Assembly: GCF_000372725.1 (NCBI RefSeq)
Contig: NW_005202428.1
Coordinates: 1,101,331-1,165,330 of the forward strand
Direction: 5' to 3'
Origin: Emiliania huxleyi CCMP1516
Taxonomy: Eukaryota
DNA: 64,000 nucleotides
Shown: positions 58,303 through 64,000 of the stretch, one piece after another
Numbering within the stretch: position 1 is the stretch's first letter
Layout: the number at the start of each line of letters is the position of its first letter
Program-made: the position numbers and the translations under genes
Notes under the pieces: generated by a model
The model's input: the letters and a program-made list of their open reading frames with translations, nothing else
Told to the model about the DNA's origin: nothing
Database searches by the model: none

Positions 58303-59661
58303 ATGTGCGAGCTGGTCAAGCAGGTCAGCACGGCAGAATGCGTGGTAGGAAGCACTTTTGGCTGCGTGGCTAACGCCGCTTTATCGGGGCCGCAAGTGTG
58401 GGTCACTGGCGGCTGCCGTGGGACTTTCCGTGTGTCAGGCAGCACGGTCATCGGCTGCTCCCAAAGGCAGCATAACAGATTCCTGTTCAGTCCGAGAGGG
58501 ATTCATCGCTGTGCTGGACATCCTGCAACCGACAAACAATCAGTCGGATCGAAGGTCGCAGTCTGGGCGGCGCAGATGCTTTCGAAGCTCTCGCTGGCTT
58601 CGCTCCCCGACAATCGCATGATGCGCAGTGTGTTCAACTACTCGGACAAAGACACAACCCGCAATCATCACCGTGGCCAGGGTGGTGTCGGCAGCATCGG
58701 TAATATGAGCGACTCCTCAGGCACGTGCAAGGTGAGGCCTGCCGCTCGACTCTGCTGCGACTCCACCTCCCAGCGACGGCCATTTGGGTTGCGCTGCCAA
58801 TGCGACGAGCGCTTCAGCACGCTGCAGCCGCGCGCCACGACGAAGGTAGCCGGGTCCACCATGCACTTCGAGGTCGGCTACATCAACTACTTCAACAGCT
58901 CCAACGTTCGTTCCGGCGCAAAGTGGTACGCGTTGCAAACCCGCCGCATGCTACGGTCCATTGCGAGCCTTCGCCTCTCTGGCTACGCCTCTCTCGTCCA
59001 TGTCGTCCTCGGCGGCGAGAGGGTAGCAGAGTGGGAGGATGCGCACGCCTGCGATCCGAAAGTGGTCGTGCATCGCACCGCCTCCTCCGCATTCCTGCGC
59101 CCCTCCTGGTCGTCGCCTTTTCACCGTGCGAGTTTCGAGAAGGTCTGGATCTTGCACCTCTCCGCCCAGCTGGAGAAGCCGCTGCTCTTCCTCGACAATG
59201 ACGTGGTCGTTTTCCGGCCGCTGGATGAACTACGTCACGCCAGGCCCCCGGCATACGTCGTCAAGCCGAGAGAAGGGATCAACTCGGGCGTGATGCTCCT
59301 GAGGGAGACACCGGAGACGCTCGCGCGTCGGTTAGACGCGTACTCGATCGTCGAGGGCGGCGGTGACCGTGGCGAGCAGCGACTGGTCAATGTGTTTCAC
59401 CAGGCGAGCGAGTTCTTTGAGCTCCCGGCAGCTTACAATACCTACACGTCTGACGTCGATACTGCCGTGCCCCGGTGGTGGGACCAGATTGTGCTCTGGC
59501 ACAAGCCAACGGAGAAGGGCCACCTCATGGGTGAGGCTCGCGCGTATGTCAACTCGCACTTGAAGCGGGTGGAAGCCGAGGCGGCACGAAGCAGCCCTTT
59601 TTGTTCCCGGCCGCGTGCGCGAAAGAAATTTACCAGCTCGTCGGGCGTGAGTGTACGTTAG
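58303..59661 (+). CDS. Glycosyltransferase family 8-like protein with N-terminal DUF3011/lectin-like module
   Basis: FEKVWIL, LFLDNDVVV (DxD), INSGVMLL, GEQRLVN, LPAAYN and WHKP; N-terminal VWVTGGCRGTF; start uncertain. Confidence 0.75.
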   Translation: MCELVKQVSTAECVVGSTFGCVANAALSGPQVWVTGGCRGTFRVSGSTVIGCSQRQHNRFLFSPRGIHRCAGHPATDKQSVGSKVAVWAAQMLSKLSLASLPDNRMMRSVFNYSDKDTTRNHHRGQGGVGSIGNMSDSSGTCKVRPAARLCCDSTSQRRPFGLRCQCDERFSTLQPRATTKVAGSTMHFEVGYINYFNSSNVRSGAKWYALQTRRMLRSIASLRLSGYASLVHVVLGGERVAEWEDAHACDPKVVVHRTASSAFLRPSWSSPFHRASFEKVWILHLSAQLEKPLLFLDNDVVVFRPLDELRHARPPAYVVKPREGINSGVMLLRETPETLARRLDAYSIVEGGGDRGEQRLVNVFHQASEFFELPAAYNTYTSDVDTAVPRWWDQIVLWHKPTEKGHLMGEARAYVNSHLKRVEAEAARSSPFCSRPRARKKFTSSSGVSVR

Positions 59662-60090
59662 TTCTTCATTTTTAGAGGGGGCGCCCCGCCGCTAGGGAAA
59701 CCCCGGCCCAAACGGCCGGTTTGTTTATTACGCCCCCCCCCCCCCCTCCCTGCGAACGCGCACCCCCCTCCCCCCACGGTCAGGGCCTTTTTGCTCGTAG
59801 CCTGATCCCGATCTCAGCCGCCGGGGGCCCGCGCTGGGCTGGAGGGTGGAGGCGTCTGCGGGGGGGGGGCGCGGGCGCGGGGGGGCGGCGGCGGGTTCTT
59901 TACGTTACCGTACCGACTCCGCCCGCGGGCCTGGATGTATTTAAGGCTTCCAACTGCACTCCAAGTACCAAGAGTGTGCTAAGTAGTGTGCTCCCCAGGA
60001 GCCCGTGCTCCACGTGCTCCGTGCTCGAGCGAAAAGAAAATTATCGCGCGGCCCCGACGCACAGCCCGCCCAGTCCCCCTCCCCCACCGC

Positions 60091-62823
60091 CTATCGCCCC
60101 CGCCTCGCGCTGCGCCTCGACCCACCGCCGGTGCGCCGTGTCTGCCCGCGCGCATTGACGAGCTTGGCGCCGGTGAACTTGGCCGCCGTCTTGCGCCAGC
60201 TCTCCTCGGGCAGCAGCGGTTCGCGGGTGATTGGCCGCACACCTCGCGGCAGCGCGACGCGGACCGAGCACTCGCCCGCGCCTGGCGTATGGGTCCGGGG
60301 AGCTGAGAGGGTGCGAACCAGGCCTCGTGCAGTGCACTTAGAGCATCGCGTGAAGACACCGCGAGCACAGTGGAATGGGGCGTGAGTGCGATGGAATGCG
60401 GCCAGCTGCGCGGCTCTCCGAGCTACTAGGGGAGATATGGGGAGATATGGGGAGATATGGCTCTCCGAGCTCCCCGTCCGTGACGGCGCGTGTGTTCTCC
60501 GCATCTAGCCGCTCGAGATATGGGGAGATATGGGGAGATGTGGGTCTGTTGTACGCATCTAGCCGCTCGAGCCGGTGACAGCGATCCAGCCCAGGCCGGG
60601 GAAGACGACGTCGACCGCCGCCTCGCCCCAGCCGCGCCCCTCGACGCGGAGCTCGTGCTCCTGTAGGGACGGACTCCGGGAAGGCTCAGAGAAGGTTCCT
60701 TAGAGATAGGCTCTCGACGCGGAGCTCGTGCTGCGCCTCGAGCTCGCCGAGCGCCTCGAGGCGTTCGAGAGAGGCGGGCGGCGTGAGGACGCCGCCCGCG
60801 TGCTTGCGCCGCACCTGGTGAGGCCCGGTGAGGCCCGGTGAGCGCCTCCGCATGCCTGGAGCACCTCCTCCAGCACCCCCTCCTCACGCGGGGCCCGGGC
60901 AAACTGCCATCTCCACGCCCGACGACCGGAGCATTGGAGGCGCAGGCCGCGGAGCACGTGGGTGAGCGGTGTGCGCGTGCGGAGGGTGAGCGGTGTGGTG
61001 CGCCGCACCTCGGCGGCCTTTGCGGTGGCGGTCGGGTGCAGGGTGACCGCGTCGCTCAGATAGGCGGTGAAGAGGAAGGGGCGGCCGGCGACGAGGTCGA
61101 GCCTCGCGAGTCCTCCGAGGAGGAGGGAGCGGCCCTCCTCGAGCCGAAGCGAGACGGGCTGGCCGCGCCGCTTCGGCACGACGGCGGCGAGCTCGTCCGC
61201 CGTGAGGCGCGTGGTGAGCTGGTTGGGCAGGACGAGGCCGGGCGTGTCGTACAGCGCGTGCCGCCCTCCGAGCTGCGCCGTCTTGACGAAGCCGAGCGTG
61301 GTCCCGGGCAGGTGCGAGGTCGTGAGCTGCGGGGCCGCCACCTCGCCGCGCTTGCCGGCACCTGGAGCAGGGGAAGGCTTCAGCTGTCGAGCCCTCGGGA
61401 CAGAGCAGCGGGCCCAGGGAACAAAGAGGCGTGCGGGAGGGGGGAGCGAGGGAGGGGAGGGGGGGGAGAGGGAGGGGGAGAGGGGGGGCGGGGGGGCAAT
61501 CGTGCGGCATCAGCGCACGTCCTGACCCGTCGATGCGCTGCGTTGGCGAGGCGGCGAGGATGTGGTTGAGGAGGGACGACTTGCCTGTTCATTAGCCAGT
61601 TGATTAATGATATGCCAACTAAGAGCTCGAGGTTGAGGAGGCATGACTTGCCCGCGTTCGCGGCGCCGAGGACGTACGCGTCGAGCCGCCGGCTCGTCAT
61701 CAGCTTCTCGAGGCGGGCGAGCAGCTGCGCGGGACGTGTCAGTGGACGTGTCAGTGGACGTGTCAGTGGACGTGTCAGTGGACGTGTCAGTGGACGTGTC
61801 AGGGGACGTGTCAGTGGACGTGTCAGTGGACGTGTCAGTGGACGTCAGTGGACATGTAGGGGACGTGTCAGGGGACGTGTCAGTGGACGTGTCAGTGGAC
61901 GTGTCGTCAAGGCGGCGGCGCGCAAGGCGGCGAGGAGGCGAGAGGCAGCAGGGAGGGGCGGGCGGAGGGAGCGGGGAGCGAGGCGGCAGCGGCAGAGAGC
62001 CGGCAGGGAGGGGAGGCGGAAGAGAGAGGCGCCACCTGCGGCATGCCCGCGCCCGTCCTCGCCGAGACGAGGTCGAGGGAGTGGAGGTGCGGCAGCGAGG
62101 CGCGGCGGCACTCGGCGCGCACCCACCGCTCGACCGCTGGCTGGTGGATGCCCTTGGGTAGGAGGTCGACCTGTGGGGGGGGAGGGGCACACTTAGGCTG
62201 AGGGTTGACCTTGTCCGCCACGAGCAGGAGGGGGGGGGGCACCTCTCGCCTGATCTCACCTATGCCTCGGCCACCTCTCGGCTAGATCTCGGCTAGATCT
62301 CGGCTAGATCTCGGCTAGATCTCGGCTAGATCTCGGCTAGATCTCGGCTAGATCTCGGCTGGATCCCGGCCTTGTTTGCCACGAGCATGAGGGGGGAGTC
62401 CTCGCCCACGATCGAGGGCAGCTCTGGCACGAGCGAGCCGTGGAAGTCGAAGAGGTCGACCAGGCAGACGACGACGCACTGGAGCGGGAGCTGGGGGTCA
62501 GCTTCACTGAGTTGACGAGGCAGACGACCACCCGCACTGTGCGGCGGTGTGGCGGCGAGGGCGGCAGGGTGTGGACTGCGTGTGTAGCGACGTGTGCGCT
62601 GGGTTGGCACCTGCTTCGACCGCAGCGATCGGATCAGCGCGCGGAAGTGCGCCGGCCGCAGCTCCGCGTGTGACGCTGCATCCGGGTCGTCGGCGCCCTG
62701 CAGCGGGGGGAGGCGGCGGTGGAGGAGGGAGGCGGAAGGGAGGAGAGAGTTGGCTTGGAGGAGGAGGAGAGAGGGAGAGAGAGGAGAGGGGCGGCGGTGG
62801 AGGAGAGAGCAGGAGGGAAGGGA

Positions 62824-62871
<48 letters not shown>

Positions 62872-63530
62872 GCTGGGAGGACCTGCACGCCGCCGCCCAC
62901 ACGCAAGCCATCCGACGGCAGCCGGTTCTGGTAGCGCAAAGAGTGGCAGCGCTGGCACACCGCCTCCCTCCTGGGGCGGCTCGGAGGCCGCGCTGCCCCC
63001 GCCTCCGCCTCCGCCCCGCCGCCGCCCCCGACACCGCCCTGCTCCTCCTCGGAGGACGGCGCAAGCCTCTGCTGCAGCACGGACGCCGGCAGATAGCCTG
63101 GCGCGGCCTCGTCGTTCGCCTGGAAGCGGACGCCGCAGCCGCAACAGAAGCCGCGCGGCATCTCGATCGCCGCTTGCAGCGGTGCGCTCCCTGCAGGCCG
63201 GCCCGCCGGCCCGCCTCCGTAGCTGCCAAGCATCTCAAAGCCGGCGCCTGGCTGGCCGCGCCGCGCCGCCTCCGCCTCCAGCGCGCGCGGGTCCTCCTCG
63301 TCCGACCAGACGGCGAAGCCCGGCGGCGGCTCCCAGCCCGCCGCCCCGCCAGCCTCGTCGTCGCCGCCGCCGCCACCGCCCTTTGCGAGCGCGGACAGCG
63401 CTCTGTGCCGCGGCCGGAGCGTGGCGGAGGCGAGGCGTGGACACCGGGCGACGCCCGGTGCGGCGATCGAGCGGACGAGCGAGGCAGCCAGCGCGGCCGA
63501 GGTGACGAGACGGAAGCGGTGGGCGCGCAT
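60091..63530 (-). CDS. Circularly permuted GTPase of the YqeH/NOA1 family, many exons
   Basis: CCGCGVRFQ..PGY, CQRCHSLR, VDLFDF, ANK/VDLLP (G4), VSARTG (G5), GAANAGKS (G1), TTSHLPGTT (G2) and DTPG (G3). Confidence 0.92.
61732..61905. repeat. Intronic 12-bp minisatellite (GGACGTGTCAGT)n
   Basis: About 14 units. Confidence 0.95.
62277..62362. repeat. Intronic 11-bp minisatellite (CTCGGCTAGAT)n
   Basis: About 7 units. Confidence 0.95.
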
Positions 63531-64000
63531 CGGAGGCAGTGCTGCGGAGTACGCGTGCGCGAGGCGCTCAACAAACGCAAGAATGTTTTTTAAATTCTTT
63601 TACTCTCGATCCATCCTCTTCTGAAGTCGCCCTGCCTCGGGGGCGCGGTAGGTGGTAGCGGGAGGGGACCCGCCGGTGTGAAGCGGTAGCGGTAATCCGC
63701 CCGAGGTAGCGGTAAGGGGGACGGCCAGCAGCCCTCGGCTGGCTGTCCGTTCCTAGTAGCCCCGACGGTTACGGACGGCCGGCGAGCGCATCGGCCTCTC
63801 GCCGTCAGCGCGCTGCTGGACCCTACCGTCCGCGGTGCGTGAGCAAATGCTGACTAGGCCTGCTGCACCCATAAGTGACTGAGTGGGGTCTAGCGGTACC
63901 GCGCGAGCCGGTAGCGGTAAACAGCGGGTGGCCTCTGGCGGTAGCGGTAAAGGCGCAGCGTGTGATGGAGGTATTTTCTTCTCAATAACAAGGCTGTGAT

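Noticed and set aside
1..64000. tRNA, rRNA, intact transposase/RT, Fanzor or viral hallmark genes
   Set aside because: No supporting motifs recognised by eye

Overview
GC-rich eukaryotic genomic DNA with four assembly gaps. Short GT-AG and GC-AG introns filled with 10-12 bp minisatellites, an AP2 gene and an RCC1-repeat gene suggest a haptophyte such as Emiliania/Gephyrocapsa huxleyi (inference). Recognisable genes: SLC35A-type nucleotide-sugar transporter, F-box-like/MATH/zinc-finger protein, NadD/NMNAT, a JTB homolog, an AP2 factor in two inverted copies, Elongin C plus a partial second copy, plastid-type FabD, a GNAT-like protein, an HMG-box/Tudor-like protein, a frameshifted F-box/RCC1 gene, a 2OG-Fe(II) oxygenase, a macro-domain protein, a GT8 glycosyltransferase and a NOA1/YqeH GTPase, plus several unknown membrane proteins. 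Intergenic DNA is dense with mobile DNA: three short retroposon-like families with (TTTC)n, (TC)n and (TTTA)n tails and visible target-site duplications (some nested), several TIR elements, and a 270-bp hairpin. The most unusual signal is that several introns, mostly GC-AG, begin with a near-copy of the start of the following exon, which suggests intron birth by local duplication. All gene structures were inferred by eye, with no database or RNA evidence.
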